Source of the DNA: an uncultured Planctomycetaceae bacterium
GTDB lineage: Bacteria > Planctomycetota > Planctomycetia > Planctomycetales > Planctomycetaceae
Reading direction: 5' to 3'
Assembly (NCBI GenBank): GCA_963815195.1
Contig: CAWFGE010000015.1
Coordinates: 352,001-416,000, forward strand
Length of the DNA: 64,000 bases
The notes below the pieces were generated by a model that was given only the letters and a program-made list of their open reading frames with translations, was not told the origin of the DNA and made no database searches. The position numbers were made by a program, and so were the translations under genes. Positions within the stretch are counted from its first letter, which is position 1; every line of letters begins with the position of its first letter. Below are positions 32,160 through 42,688 of this stretch, in pieces.

Positions 32160-34013
32160 ATGCCGATCGCCACTGTGGGAAAAGGGAAAACGGATGTCGG
32201 CCCCGGCGGTACGGTGGCCGATTATATTCTCCACCGCCTGAATGAATGGGGCATCGAGCGGATTTTCGGTTACCCGGGAGACGGGATCAACGGGTTTCTC
32301 GGGGCGTTCCACCGGGCGGAAGGGCACCCGGAATTGATTCAGGCCCGCCACGAGGAACTGGCGGCGTTCATGGCCACCTCCCACGCCAAGTTCACGGGCG
32401 AGGCGGGGGTGTGCATGGCCACGTCGGGGCCGGGGGCGGTGCATTTGCTCAACGGCCTTTATGATGCGAAGCTCGACCATCAGCCGGTCGTCGCCGTCGT
32501 GGGACAGCAAAAGCGGATTTCCGTCGGGGCCGATTACCAGCAGGAAATCGACCTGTCCACGCTGTTTAAGGATGTGTCGGCCTACAGCACGACCATCATG
32601 CACCCGGGAGCCGCCCGCCATGCCATCGACCGGGCGGTGCGGATCGCGCTCGCCACGCGTTCGGTCTCGACGATCATCATTCCCGAAGACGTGCAGGAAG
32701 AGGATGCCCTCGAAGGCCCGCCGCGAATGCACGGCGCGGTGTATTCTTCGATCGGCTACATGGAGCCGGAAATCATTCCGCAGCGCGTGCAGCTGGAGCG
32801 GGCGGCGGCGGTTCTCAACAGCGGCAAAAAGGTCGCGATGCTCGTCGGCCAGGGAGCGGCCAAGGCCGAGGACGAGGTGATCGAAGCCGCCGACCTCTTG
32901 GGCTGCGGCATCGCCAAGGCCCTGTTGGCCCGCGCCCATCCGCCGGACGATCTGCCCTTCGTGACCGGCTCGATCGGCCTGTTGGGCACCAAGCCCAGCA
33001 ACGAGATGATGATGAACTGCGACGTGCTGTTTATGATCGGCACGAGCTTTCCGTATGCCGAGTGGCTGCCCGAAGAGGGCAACGCCAAGTGCGTGGAAAT
33101 CGACATCGACGCCCGCTACCTCGGCCATCGCTTTCCCGTCGATGTGCCGCTGGTCGGCGATTCTAAGTCCACCCTCCGCGCACTGCTGCCGCTGTTGGAA
33201 CGCAAACAGGACCGCTCCTGGCGGGAGCAGATCGAAAAGAACATCAGGGAGTGGTGGGCCATCCTGGAAGACCGCGCGATGCAGGACGGCGACCCGATGA
33301 ACCCGCAGCGCGTCGTCTGGGAACTTAGCAAACGCCTGCCCGACCGCTGCATTCTCACCGCGGATTCCGGCTCCTCGACCAACTGGTGGGCCAGGCATCT
33401 CAAACTCCGCAAGGGGATGGACGCCTCGCTGTCCGGAACCCTCGCCACGATGGGCCCGGCCATGCCGTATGCGATCGGAGCCCGATTCGCGTTTCCCGAT
33501 CGGCCGATCATCGCCACCATCGGGGACGGGGCGTTTCAGATGAACGGCATGAATGGTTTGATCACGATCAAACGCTACCAGGACCGGCTGATGGCCAGCG
33601 GCGCGCCGATGGTGTTTTGCGTGTTCAACAACCAGGATCTCAACCAGGTGACCTGGGAGCAGCGCGTGATGTCCGGCGATCCGAAATTCCCCGGTTCCCA
33701 GTTCATCCCGAACTTTCCCTACGCTCGATACGCCGAGCTGTTGGGATTCAAAGGGATTTACTGCGACAGCGCGGACACGATCGGCGCAGCCTGGGACGAG
33801 GCCCTGTCCACGACGGACCGCCCGGTGCTCTTGGAGGTCAAGGTCGATCAGGAAACCCCGCCTTTGCCGCCGCACATCACGTTCGAGCAGGCCAAGCACA
33901 TGATGTCCGCACTGATGGGCGACGAACCGGAGCGGTGGGGCATCATGAAGAAATCGCTCAAAGGCAAAGCGGTCGAGTTCAAGCACGCCATCACCGGCGA
34001 CGGCAGCGATTGA
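32160..34013 (+). CDS. Thiamine-pyrophosphate enzyme (pyruvate oxidase/dehydrogenase-like)
   Basis: FGYPGDGING, ARHEE, TSGPGAVHLLNGLYDA and the GDGAFQMN...NN TPP motif. Confidence 0.9.
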   Translation: MPIATVGKGKTDVGPGGTVADYILHRLNEWGIERIFGYPGDGINGFLGAFHRAEGHPELIQARHEELAAFMATSHAKFTGEAGVCMATSGPGAVHLLNGLYDAKLDHQPVVAVVGQQKRISVGADYQQEIDLSTLFKDVSAYSTTIMHPGAARHAIDRAVRIALATRSVSTIIIPEDVQEEDALEGPPRMHGAVYSSIGYMEPEIIPQRVQLERAAAVLNSGKKVAMLVGQGAAKAEDEVIEAADLLGCGIAKALLARAHPPDDLPFVTGSIGLLGTKPSNEMMMNCDVLFMIGTSFPYAEWLPEEGNAKCVEIDIDARYLGHRFPVDVPLVGDSKSTLRALLPLLERKQDRSWREQIEKNIREWWAILEDRAMQDGDPMNPQRVVWELSKRLPDRCILTADSGSSTNWWARHLKLRKGMDASLSGTLATMGPAMPYAIGARFAFPDRPIIATIGDGAFQMNGMNGLITIKRYQDRLMASGAPMVFCVFNNQDLNQVTWEQRVMSGDPKFPGSQFIPNFPYARYAELLGFKGIYCDSADTIGAAWDEALSTTDRPVLLEVKVDQETPPLPPHITFEQAKHMMSALMGDEPERWGIMKKSLKGKAVEFKHAITGDGSD

Positions 34014-34035
34014 ACGTGCTGCCAGGTCGTGGAAA

Positions 34036-36028
34036 TCAATCCTTCCATTCCACGGCCACGACACCGTAGACTTTGATTTTTGGCACCTGAAACATGGCTT
34101 TGCCGTTGGATTGCTCGAACTTCAGCGGCAAAGCGTTTTCGATATCGGGGGCCAATAACATCACGCGGGAGGCTCTCTTGTTCTCGGGCAGGCGCAGATG
34201 CACCGCGATGTTTTGGGCGGGTTTGGGCCGTTCCGTTTCCGGGCCGGTGCGGTTGTTTTCCGGGGCGCCTTCTTCGCGGTTGTAGTTGACGAGATGCAAC
34301 AGCATCCGCTCCGGTTGCGTGTAAGCCGCCGCCCGCACGGTCCAGGGGGCTTCGATGTTTGAGCCGCCGCGTTGCTGTAATGCCTGCTCAATTTCCTCGG
34401 CGGCACCTGCTGGGGTTTTGTTTTTAATCGGCTGAGCACGGGGAATGCCTGCGTCGGCTCGGAATTCGCCGCGTTCGGTGAGTGCGCCCGCATCGCCTTC
34501 TGTGAGGATTAGATTTCCCTTCGCGGCGAAATCCCAGAGGGCGGCGAGTTGTTGATCGGACAACGACAAGACCCTGGGCAGAATCACGGCCGGATATTGC
34601 GAAAGCCGTTCCGGCGTGATGTTTTCATCCGCCAAGACATCCAACAGCACTTGCCGCTCCACAAGGGCCTGGCCCAGGTCGCGAAAGGCGGCGAGCGATT
34701 CGGGCTTTCCATTCCAGACGCTTTGCCGGGGCAGCACCAGCGCGGCATCGGCGCAGGGCTTCGCGCCATCGTAAAATGTCGCGGTGCCGGTGCATGAAGT
34801 TCGTGTAGCGGGCGAGGACTTCAAAACCCGCCGGCTCCTCGAACCGCATATACCGTCCCATGCCCATCCCGCCGGTGGCGTAGCCCTCGGCCATGCTGAC
34901 CGCCAAACGCGTGTGGTCGTATTTGCCGATGACGAACGGCTTCCCGCCGGTCAGCTCGCGGACGTAAAGACAACTCAACCAGGCATCGCCGGCTTTGCCT
35001 TCCTTGAGGTTCAAGTTCTTCCCCACAAACGCCGCCCCGCCGGAGTACCAGAAATAATCCTCGCCCCGGCCGAACTTTGAGATCGGCAGAAACATCCGCT
35101 CTTCGCTCTGGCTGACGTGGCTCAGATGATCCCACTGGGCGATGAGCAAATCCTTTTTCAGCGACCGCCCGTAGTCCAGAAAAATCTCGTCGAACTTCTC
35201 CTTGAAATGCTCGGCTCCCCACCGCATCGCGAGCCAATCGAGTTCCGTCGCCGTCGCCGGATCGGGATAGCCCCCGATCTTTGCGGGGAGGTTTTTGAAG
35301 GTGTGCTCATCGAGGTTTTGGATGCCGAGCTTCGCGTTCAGTTCCTCCGGCGTCGGCTGAGTTTTGAGCCAACTTTTGAAAGCCGACTGGCAATGCGGGC
35401 AGGCGCAGCCGAAGCGGTAGTTGTATGTGGTGTTGACGCCGTCAATGCCCTGATCGATCGCAACCTTGAGCATTTGCTTGAGCATCTTCCGGGCGTGCGG
35501 ACTGCTGAGGCAGAGGGCCAATTGGCTTTGATTGTAACGGCCGAGTTGGATCGGCTCGCCGTTGGCGTCCCGCTGCAAGAGTTCCTTGAGTTTGGGGTGC
35601 GGCTTGGGGCCCAAAAGTTCCGCGGGCCAGCGGTGGTTGTAGTATTCGACGAAGCCGGTTTGCTCTTTCCAGTTCCCCATAACTTTCACCAGCCGAAAGT
35701 GCCCGACGACGGTGAGCCCAACGCGGTGCACCTCGGCGTTGAGTTTTCGCTGGTACTCCAACGCCGCCCGTTCGCCGGCGACGGGCAGCTGCATCGGCCA
35801 GCCGGTGGATTTTTGGTCGTCGGCATAGCCGTGGAACATCGCCCCATAGTTCCCGATCTGCACGACCTGCGGCCGAGCGGTCTTGAGGAAAGGCAGCAGC
35901 TTTTCATGCGTCAGCGACCGCGTGACAAAAAACGTCCGCAGCGGCTTTTGATCTTGCGAGCAAGCCGTTCGGTGCCCCAGCAAAACGATCAGCAGCGAAC
36001 AAAACATCGCGAGACGAGAAGAGAGCAT
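34036..36028 (-). CDS. Secreted putative glycoside-hydrolase-like protein (frameshift near 34780)
   Basis: Signal peptide; CACPHCQ motif and C-terminal YPAVILPRVLSLSDQQ...LLHLVNY resemble GH42-type barrel plus trimerisation domain. Confidence 0.55.
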
Positions 36029-36113
36029 GTGGGATTCGCTTTCTGTTATTTGTCTGCCGCAAACGTGAGCGGCTGGTGCTAGCCGCCGGTCTTGGTCTTG
36101 ACGATGCCAAAAT

Positions 36114-36242
36114 CGCCGGGTGCCACTGGCAGTTTGCTGCCAGTGTTTTCCTCAGATCACATTCCAGTTTGATGGGAGCGTTCGTCAGCCTACTCCGTAA
36201 AAGCACTGGCAACAAGTTGCCAGTGGCACCCGAAAGATTTCT
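36114..36242. repeat. REPIN-like element B, copy 1
   Basis: CGGGTGCCACTGGCA...TGCCAGTGGCACCCG inverted ends; direct repeat of 37243-37371. Confidence 0.92.
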
Positions 36243-36323
36243 TATTGAGAGGACAACGAATTAAACTAACAGTGCCACCCCGCCGGGAAGCCCCCTTATG
36301 GAATCAAAAAGCCGCCCTTACAC

Positions 36324-37217
36324 TTACTTACGAGCTTGTTTTCTGGAAATCGCTTGGCGAACAAGCTCGTCTTTGTCTCCTTGGAGCCGGTCGACCATTT
36401 CTTGGGTGCGAAATTCCGAATGTTGGCTGAGAATCTCGGCGACATAGAGGCGGACCCACCATTCGTTATCCTTAGACAACTCGTCAAGCGCCGCAACGGC
36501 GTCCCGGCTCGCCTCTGTGAGTTTGCCTTTCTTGTTGAATCGTTTGAGCGCTAGCACATGACGCACGGAGTACTCCGCCCATCGGATCGCCCGCGTTCGA
36601 TCCGTTTCTGGACCACTGTAGTAGGCCTTCGTCATTGTCAAAAGTGCAGCCCCCGGTCCCTTTCGATAAAGAAATTCAACGGCATTCCTCGGCGGCAATT
36701 CCCCTTGGTCGGCGTAGCCCCTCAAGTAGATGTATTTAAAGCCGTGCTGTTCGCGAAAGCCCGGCTCCATTTCCACGATTAAGCGTTCGAGATTTATCCG
36801 GAACAGTTCGTCCTCGGCTCCCACATAGGGCAAAAGTGCGGAGAGAATCTGCCCCTCGCTGATCCCCAAAAATTGGATAATTATTCCCGGTGCCATCCCC
36901 TCTTGGACATCCTTTCCTCGGCTCAAGTAGTAAACGAGATTCGGGACCAACTTGCTGTAATTCTTGCCACCGCGCTTCGTAAGGAGATCCAGAGTCTCAA
37001 AAAAGGCCTCGCCCTCTTTTTTTCCTCCTGTAGTATACGCAACTTTGTTGATCAGCTTCTGAGTCTCCGGGTCCGGCTCGAAAGTGATTTTCATTTTCGT
37101 GGGCGGATCCGCAAGAGAGATGCTACTCATCACGATCAACCCCAGCATTAGCCAAAGTGACAGTAATCGGGACGATCTCGTGCAGTAATCAAGGCACAAA
37201 CCATTTCGCGAGTTCAT
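36324..37217 (-). CDS. Orphan secreted protein with HEAT-like C-terminus
   Basis: Hydrophobic N-terminus; DNEWWVRLYVAEIL and DKDELVR motifs; visibly lower GC than neighbours. Confidence 0.7.
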   Translation of the reverse strand: MNSRNGLCLDYCTRSSRLLSLWLMLGLIVMSSISLADPPTKMKITFEPDPETQKLINKVAYTTGGKKEGEAFFETLDLLTKRGGKNYSKLVPNLVYYLSRGKDVQEGMAPGIIIQFLGISEGQILSALLPYVGAEDELFRINLERLIVEMEPGFREQHGFKYIYLRGYADQGELPPRNAVEFLYRKGPGAALLTMTKAYYSGPETDRTRAIRWAEYSVRHVLALKRFNKKGKLTEASRDAVAALDELSKDNEWWVRLYVAEILSQHSEFRTQEMVDRLQGDKDELVRQAISRKQARK

Positions 37218-37242
37218 ATAAATCTCCCCAGTCAACGGTCGA

Positions 37243-37371
37243 CGCCGGGTGCCACTGGCAGCTTGCTGCCAGTGTTTTCCTCAGATCACATTCCAGTTTG
37301 ATGGGAGCGTTCGTCAGCCTACTCCGTAAAAGCACTGGCAACAAGTTGCCAGTGGCACCCGAAAGATTTCT
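37243..37371. repeat. REPIN-like element B, copy 2
   Basis: 129 bp, near-identical to 36114-36242 (one substitution seen). Confidence 0.92.
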
Positions 37372-37467
37372 GCCGCAAACGTGAGCGGCTGGGCGCTAGC
37401 CGCCGGTCTTGGTCTTGACGATGCCAAAATCGCATCATCGAAGCCGGAGGCTAGCGCCTACTGCTCA
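37369..37467. repeat. Complete element A; its first ~64 bp are duplicated at 36053-36116
   Basis: TCTGCCGCAAACGTGAGCGGCTGG...AAAATCGC occurs at both sites; only this copy has the inverted partner CCGGAGGCTAGCGCCTACTGCTCA. Confidence 0.85.
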
Positions 37468-37484
37468 GATTTTGAAACACCTTC

Positions 37485-38576
37485 CTATTCAAACGGAATT
37501 CCGGTGTCTTTTGCAATCGTTCTGAGTTCGTTGACGACGGCGGGGATCAACGGGATCCCGTCGCGGCGGTGGATTTGTTCGGCTTCGTGTTCGGGTTGGC
37601 CGGGGATCAGCGGGCCTTGGGTGCCGGGGGCGGGGCGGGAGTTTCGCATGGTGCGGATCCAATCGTCCACCTGGCGTTTGAACTCCGTCACATCGGTGAA
37701 GGCTTCGATCTGCATGGCTCCGAAGAAATGGCCGAGGCCGAGGCCCACCTGCCGTTCCGGTTCGCCGTGCGAGACGGTGAACGCCGGGGTGAACGGCCCC
37801 CAATTCGCTCCGCCCAAGGGACCGGAAAGCAGATCGACCATCGCCGAGAGGCAGTAGCCTTTGTGCCCGCCGCGCTCGCGCGTGGAGCCCAGAGGCAACA
37901 AGGCCCCGCCGCTGGCGACTTCGTGGGGATTGGTCGTGCCCCGGCCGTCGGGGCCGATCGCCCAGCCTTCGGGGATGGAGGTGCCTTTGCGGATGGCCAT
38001 TTCCACTTTGCCGTACGCCGCCGCCGTGGTCGCCATGTCGATCACCACGGGCGGTTCTTCGAGACCGGGAAAGGCGATGGCGATCGGGTTGGTCCCCAGC
38101 ATGCGGTCGGCCCCGAACAGCGGAGCCACGATGCGGCTGGTGTTGGTCATCGCCCAGCCGATCTGGTCTCGCTTTAATGCTTCCAGGACATAATATCCCG
38201 CGATGCCGTAGTGGTGGGAATTGCGGACGGCGACCCAACCGGTGCCCACCGTCTCGGCTTTCTCCATTGCGATTTCATTCGCCCGCGGACCGACGACGAG
38301 GCCCAAACCGTTGTCGCCATCCACAGTGGCGGTGGAAGGAGTTTCGCGGATGATGCGGATATTGGGCCGCGTGTTGATCCGGCCGTCTTTCAACAGGCCG
38401 ACGTAACTCGCCAGCCTGGCGACGCCGTGCGAGTCGATGCCTCGCAGATCGGAGAGAGCCAGAACCTCCGCCGCGACGCGGGCTTCGCGCACCGGCACGC
38501 CGAAGTGTTGAAACACGCGGGCCGTAAAGTCTTCGAGGTGCTCGGCGGGATAGGATTGACGTGCGGGATCTGTCAT
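37485..38576 (-). CDS. Ldh_2 family oxidoreductase (malate/L-lactate/pyrroline-carboxylate reductase family)
   Basis: GIDSHG, VDGDNGLG, RNSHHYG, GTNPIA, DMATT and HKGYCL motifs. Confidence 0.92.
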   Translation of the reverse strand: MTDPARQSYPAEHLEDFTARVFQHFGVPVREARVAAEVLALSDLRGIDSHGVARLASYVGLLKDGRINTRPNIRIIRETPSTATVDGDNGLGLVVGPRANEIAMEKAETVGTGWVAVRNSHHYGIAGYYVLEALKRDQIGWAMTNTSRIVAPLFGADRMLGTNPIAIAFPGLEEPPVVIDMATTAAAYGKVEMAIRKGTSIPEGWAIGPDGRGTTNPHEVASGGALLPLGSTRERGGHKGYCLSAMVDLLSGPLGGANWGPFTPAFTVSHGEPERQVGLGLGHFFGAMQIEAFTDVTEFKRQVDDWIRTMRNSRPAPGTQGPLIPGQPEHEAEQIHRRDGIPLIPAVVNELRTIAKDTGIPFE

Positions 38577-38625
38577 CGTTGGGTCGCTTTCAAATCCGTC
38601 ACGATACCCGAGCGGCGCCGGCGGC

Positions 38626-40125
38626 TCAATCGGTCGGAAGGACTTTGACGGCGATCGCGGTCATGTCGTCGCGCTGTTTGCCTTTGCCTACGAACTCGCG
38701 GACGGAATCCAACAGGCCGCGAAGGATTTCTTTCGCCGACTTGTGGCGGTTTTGGCGGATGCAGTTGAGCAGCCGTTCTTCGCCGTAGAAGTTTTTGTCG
38801 GTCGTCATGGCTTCGGTGATTCCGTCGGTCAGCAAGATCAGCACATCGCCCGGTTTGAAGGGGATCGGCTCGGAGAGTTGATATTCCGAATCGCGGAACC
38901 AGCCCAAAGGCGAGCCTTTGCTGTCGAGTTGCACGCGGACGTTGCCGAGTTCGTCCATGATGTAACCCGGCGGATGCCCGGCCCCGGCGAATTCGAGCGT
39001 TTTGCGTCCGGGGCTGAGGCGGACCAGGAACAACGTCAAATACTGTTCGGGCGGCGAATCGTCGATGAGCAACTCGTTGGTGATCGAAAGCACGGTCGCC
39101 AGGTTTTTTTCGGTCCGCGCGAGGGCGCGGAGATAGGAATGGGCGGAGGCCGTCAGAATCGCGGGGCCGAACCCGTGGCCGCTCACATCGCCCACGAGCA
39201 CCGCCACCTGCCCGTTCGGAAGCGGGATGAAATCGAAGAAGTCGCCGCCGCAGGCTTCGGCGGGCTTGGCGAAGCCGGCGATGTCGAGGCCCGGCACTTT
39301 GGGGGCGCGGTCGGGCAGCAGGGCCTGTTGGATGTGGCGGGCGACGTTCATTTCCTCCTCGATCTGCCGGCGTTCGGTGATGTCGAGGGCCACGCCGATC
39401 ACGCCCGCCACCGGGCCGCCGCCGGGCCGCCAAGGTTCCACGTGCACCTGCTGCGTTCGCCCGCGGACCTTGGTTTCAAAGCTGATGGACTGGCCCTCGA
39501 GCGCTTCCAAATGGGCGGCGAGCGGGCCGTCGTTTTCCTGCTGGACCTCAAAATACTCGGCGATCGTCATGCCCACGACCTGGTTCGGCCGCAGGTTCAG
39601 CCGGGCGAGACCGGCCCCCAAGGACGACGTGATCTGGAGATCGCAGTCCGTGGTCCACAGCACCGCGGGCAGTTGGTCCGTGAGCAGGCGGATGTCGTTT
39701 TCCCGCCGCAAGAGTTGCTCCTGCGCCTGGTGCCGTTCCAAGGCGTGGCGGATCGTGCGAGTCAAAAGTTCCTCGGTGAGGTGCCCTTTCACAAGATAAT
39801 CCTGGGCCCCCTTGCGGACCGCTTCGACGCCCGTTTGAGCCTCGTCGCGGCCGGTCATGATCAAAATCGGCACCCCGGGCGAATGTTTAAGGGCGGTTTC
39901 CAGCGTGTCCAGGCCGAAGCTGTCCGGCAGCGAAAGATCCAACAGCACCAGATCGGTCTGCCCCTCCGCCAGGCATTCCAGACCCGCCGCCAAGGTGCCC
40001 GCCGTTTGGAGCACGTGCGGAAACCCCTCCGCCTGTTTGAGCATCTCCTCGACGAAGACCACATCGTCGGGGCTATCCTCAATCAGCAGGATTCGTCTGG
40101 CGGCTTGGGCGGGAGAATCGGACAC
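38626..40125 (-). CDS. REC-PAS-SpoIIE (PP2C) phosphatase
   Basis: LIEDSPDD/LLDLSLPD receiver domain, a PAS domain, and GGDFFD, GDVSGHG, TDGITEA and DDMT PP2C motifs. Confidence 0.92.
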   Translation of the reverse strand: MSDSPAQAARRILLIEDSPDDVVFVEEMLKQAEGFPHVLQTAGTLAAGLECLAEGQTDLVLLDLSLPDSFGLDTLETALKHSPGVPILIMTGRDEAQTGVEAVRKGAQDYLVKGHLTEELLTRTIRHALERHQAQEQLLRRENDIRLLTDQLPAVLWTTDCDLQITSSLGAGLARLNLRPNQVVGMTIAEYFEVQQENDGPLAAHLEALEGQSISFETKVRGRTQQVHVEPWRPGGGPVAGVIGVALDITERRQIEEEMNVARHIQQALLPDRAPKVPGLDIAGFAKPAEACGGDFFDFIPLPNGQVAVLVGDVSGHGFGPAILTASAHSYLRALARTEKNLATVLSITNELLIDDSPPEQYLTLFLVRLSPGRKTLEFAGAGHPPGYIMDELGNVRVQLDSKGSPLGWFRDSEYQLSEPIPFKPGDVLILLTDGITEAMTTDKNFYGEERLLNCIRQNRHKSAKEILRGLLDSVREFVGKGKQRDDMTAIAVKVLPTD

Positions 40126-40268
40126 GGCAACTTACCTGGTGACCGCGACGGAGAAACCGCGGCGGACGGGCGGGACCAACGAAACGACGTGCCTGAGTGG
40201 GAACCCCATTATGAGGCAAAACGGGCGGGAGATCGACGTAGTATTTCGCAGAAAATCGGAATTACCCA

Positions 40269-40688
40269 TTATTCCGCGGAGGCGGGGGCGGACGTGTTTT
40301 CCACCCGAAGCTGCGAGGTGGCGACCTCCGAGTCCACTTCCCGATCCAGCAGCAGGTGCGAAATCGTGGAGGCCGGGGAATGGACATCGCCCGCGACCTT
40401 CGCAAGTTCGATAAGGAACACGCTGTCGCCCAACAACAGCCGGTCGCCCGGCTGCACCCTCGCATATTGGACAGTCTCGCCGTTGAGGATCGTGTGGTTC
40501 GTGGACTCCATGTCCCGCACGATCACTTCGCCGTCCGCGAGGCTCCACTCGCAATGCAAGCGGCTGATGAGCGGATGCGCGAATTGGACATCCGCGCGGA
40601 GGCTCCGTCCGAGGACAACCGGGTCTTTTGAGACCGTGAATTCGATGTCGGCGTAATTTCCGTTTTCGCTAATGAGTTGGACCCGCAT
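40269..40688 (-). CDS. FHA domain protein
   Basis: LGRS, ISRLHC and DMESTNHTILNG FHA motifs. Confidence 0.88.
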   Translation of the reverse strand: MRVQLISENGNYADIEFTVSKDPVVLGRSLRADVQFAHPLISRLHCEWSLADGEVIVRDMESTNHTILNGETVQYARVQPGDRLLLGDSVFLIELAKVAGDVHSPASTISHLLLDREVDSEVATSQLRVENTSAPASAE

Positions 40689-40988
40689 GGGAGGAATGAG
40701 TGTGTGCTGAAGAGGTTGGGGGGAGCGTCCTGCGGGAAGAAAAGGGGCCTCGTGCGCCACGACTTTTCCGGGGGGGAAGTTTCTGTCGAATTGAAGAACT
40801 GTGCGGAGTGTGGGGAGGGTTCGTTGGGGGAGGCTGTTCTATTACCTACTCATCGAAGGGTTCTGGGAGGTTGGAAATTGAGGAATGAAAGGATATTAAC
40901 TTGGGACCGGCGAAGAATCAAGCGTATAGAGAACTCTTTTCCACGCGATTTTGCGACCGATTTCGTAAGTTTCTCGTCAGTTTCATGA

Positions 40989-41045
40989 GGCCGAAGCGCA
41001 AGGGAGGGTCTTCATAAGTTCAACCCTCGCTTGCGCTTCGGGCTA
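40989..41045. repeat. REP-like hairpin
   Basis: CCGAAGCGCAAG(G)GAGGG ... CCCTCGCTTGCGCTTCGG imperfect inverted repeat. Confidence 0.6.
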
Positions 41046-41099
41046 GAATTTGCTTGACGACGACTTCCCAAGACCTACGGATCGACTCGCAAAGGGGCT

Positions 41100-42473
41100 T
41101 TAAATCACTTCGTGGATCGGTTCGATGCCTTGATCGACGAGGTACCGCGGGGTGCCGCCGCCGTCGAAGATGCGGGTGCCGTTGAGGTCGAGGCCGATGT
41201 TGTGGTACAGCGTGGCGAAGACTTCCTGAAACTTGACGGGCCGTTCGACTGCGTATTCGCCGTAGCGGTTGGTCTGGCCGATGACTTGCCCGGTCCGCAT
41301 GCCGCCGCCCGCGAGCATCGCGCACGAGACCTTCGGCCAGTGGTCGCGGCTGTTGTTCTGGTTGATCTTCGGGGTGCGGCCGAACTCGCCCCAGACGACG
41401 ACCGAGACATCTTTGTCCAGGCCGCGCTCGTGGAGATCGGTGACGAGCGCGGAAAGTCCTTGATCCAAGAGCGGAAACTCCTCGCGCGAGCGGGGAAAGT
41501 TCATGCCGTCGCCGCCGTGCCAGTCCCAGCGGCTGTAATTGAGGGCCACGAACCGCGCCCCGGCTTCCACCAATCGGCGGGCGATGCAGAAGTTCTCGAT
41601 CATTTTCGGGGCGCCGTCCCGTTGGAACTTTTCAATGCTTTTGCCGTAGCGGGCGACGATCTTCGGATCTTCTTTGGACAGGTCGAGGGCATCGGCGAGC
41701 GTGGACGTGGTAAGAATGCCCATCGCCTGTTGGGAGTAGACATCCATGCCTTCCATCACGCCGTTGGAGTCCATGCTCGCGCGGAATTGATCGAAGGCTT
41801 TCATCAATTGCCTGCGGTTCCTGAGGCGTTCGAGCGTGATGCCTTGGAGGACCATATTCTCCGCGGAGCTGCGGGCTTCCCGGCCGACGAGATTGAACGG
41901 GTTATGCTGGAGGCCCAAAAACCCTCCCGTGCCCGGTTCGCCCCACGTGCGGTTGCCGGTCTGGTACATGAGGGCGACATTCGGCGGCATCGCGGAATTG
42001 ACTTGCCCCTGGAGCTTGGAGACGAACCCGCCCGCCGACGGCCAACCGCCGGGCGGCTGCCGGTCCCCGACTCTGCGGCCCGTCATGCACTGGTAGCAAT
42101 CGTGCCGGCCGTCCGCGTCGCTGATGGACCTGATGGGGATGAACTTATCCATCATCTGGGCCATGCGGGGGAAGAGTTCGCAAATCTCGATGCCCGGCAC
42201 GTTCGTCGGGATCGGCTCGAACTCGCCGCGGATTTCTTTGGGGGCTTGGGGCTTTTGGTCCCAGAGATCGATATGCGACGGCCCGCCCGGGAGATAAATG
42301 TTGATGATCGCCCGGTGATTGCTGCCCGTGCCGCTGTTGCCGTCGGCCCGCAGCGCGTGCGGAAGGGCAATCCCGCCCAACGCCATCCCGCCGATTTTCA
42401 AAAAATTCCGCCGGGAGTAACCGTCGCAGAACTGTTTCCGAGTTTTATCCGCACGCCCAAAGATCGTGAGCAT
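41100..42473 (-). CDS. DUF1501 domain protein
   Basis: Tat-like SRRNFLKIG; GGPSHIDLWD, ARRLVEAGARFV and GEFGRTPKIN...RDHWP motifs. Confidence 0.92.
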   Translation of the reverse strand: MLTIFGRADKTRKQFCDGYSRRNFLKIGGMALGGIALPHALRADGNSGTGSNHRAIINIYLPGGPSHIDLWDQKPQAPKEIRGEFEPIPTNVPGIEICELFPRMAQMMDKFIPIRSISDADGRHDCYQCMTGRRVGDRQPPGGWPSAGGFVSKLQGQVNSAMPPNVALMYQTGNRTWGEPGTGGFLGLQHNPFNLVGREARSSAENMVLQGITLERLRNRRQLMKAFDQFRASMDSNGVMEGMDVYSQQAMGILTTSTLADALDLSKEDPKIVARYGKSIEKFQRDGAPKMIENFCIARRLVEAGARFVALNYSRWDWHGGDGMNFPRSREEFPLLDQGLSALVTDLHERGLDKDVSVVVWGEFGRTPKINQNNSRDHWPKVSCAMLAGGGMRTGQVIGQTNRYGEYAVERPVKFQEVFATLYHNIGLDLNGTRIFDGGGTPRYLVDQGIEPIHEVI

Positions 42474-42599
42474 GGTGTTCCTCTCCAATGATGATGGGCA
42501 AAATCTCGTCGCGTATCGGTATCAACCGACGCTTATATCATAAAATCCTCCCGCGAGTTCGTCAATCGGATCGTCGCCGGAGCCTCGACGGCAAAGGCA

Positions 42600-42640
42600 T
42601 AAAAAAAATCGAGACCGGCGAGTAATACGCCGGCCTCGAT
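42600..42640 (-). terminator. Rho-independent terminator
   Basis: Minus-strand AATCGAGGCCGGCG...CGCCGGTCTCGATT hairpin followed by a T run, downstream of the STAS-like gene. Confidence 0.7.
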
Positions 42641-42688
42641 TCGCTGTGTTTCCCTTTGCCCCTGTGTGGCCTGTGCTCCTTCTGAGAT

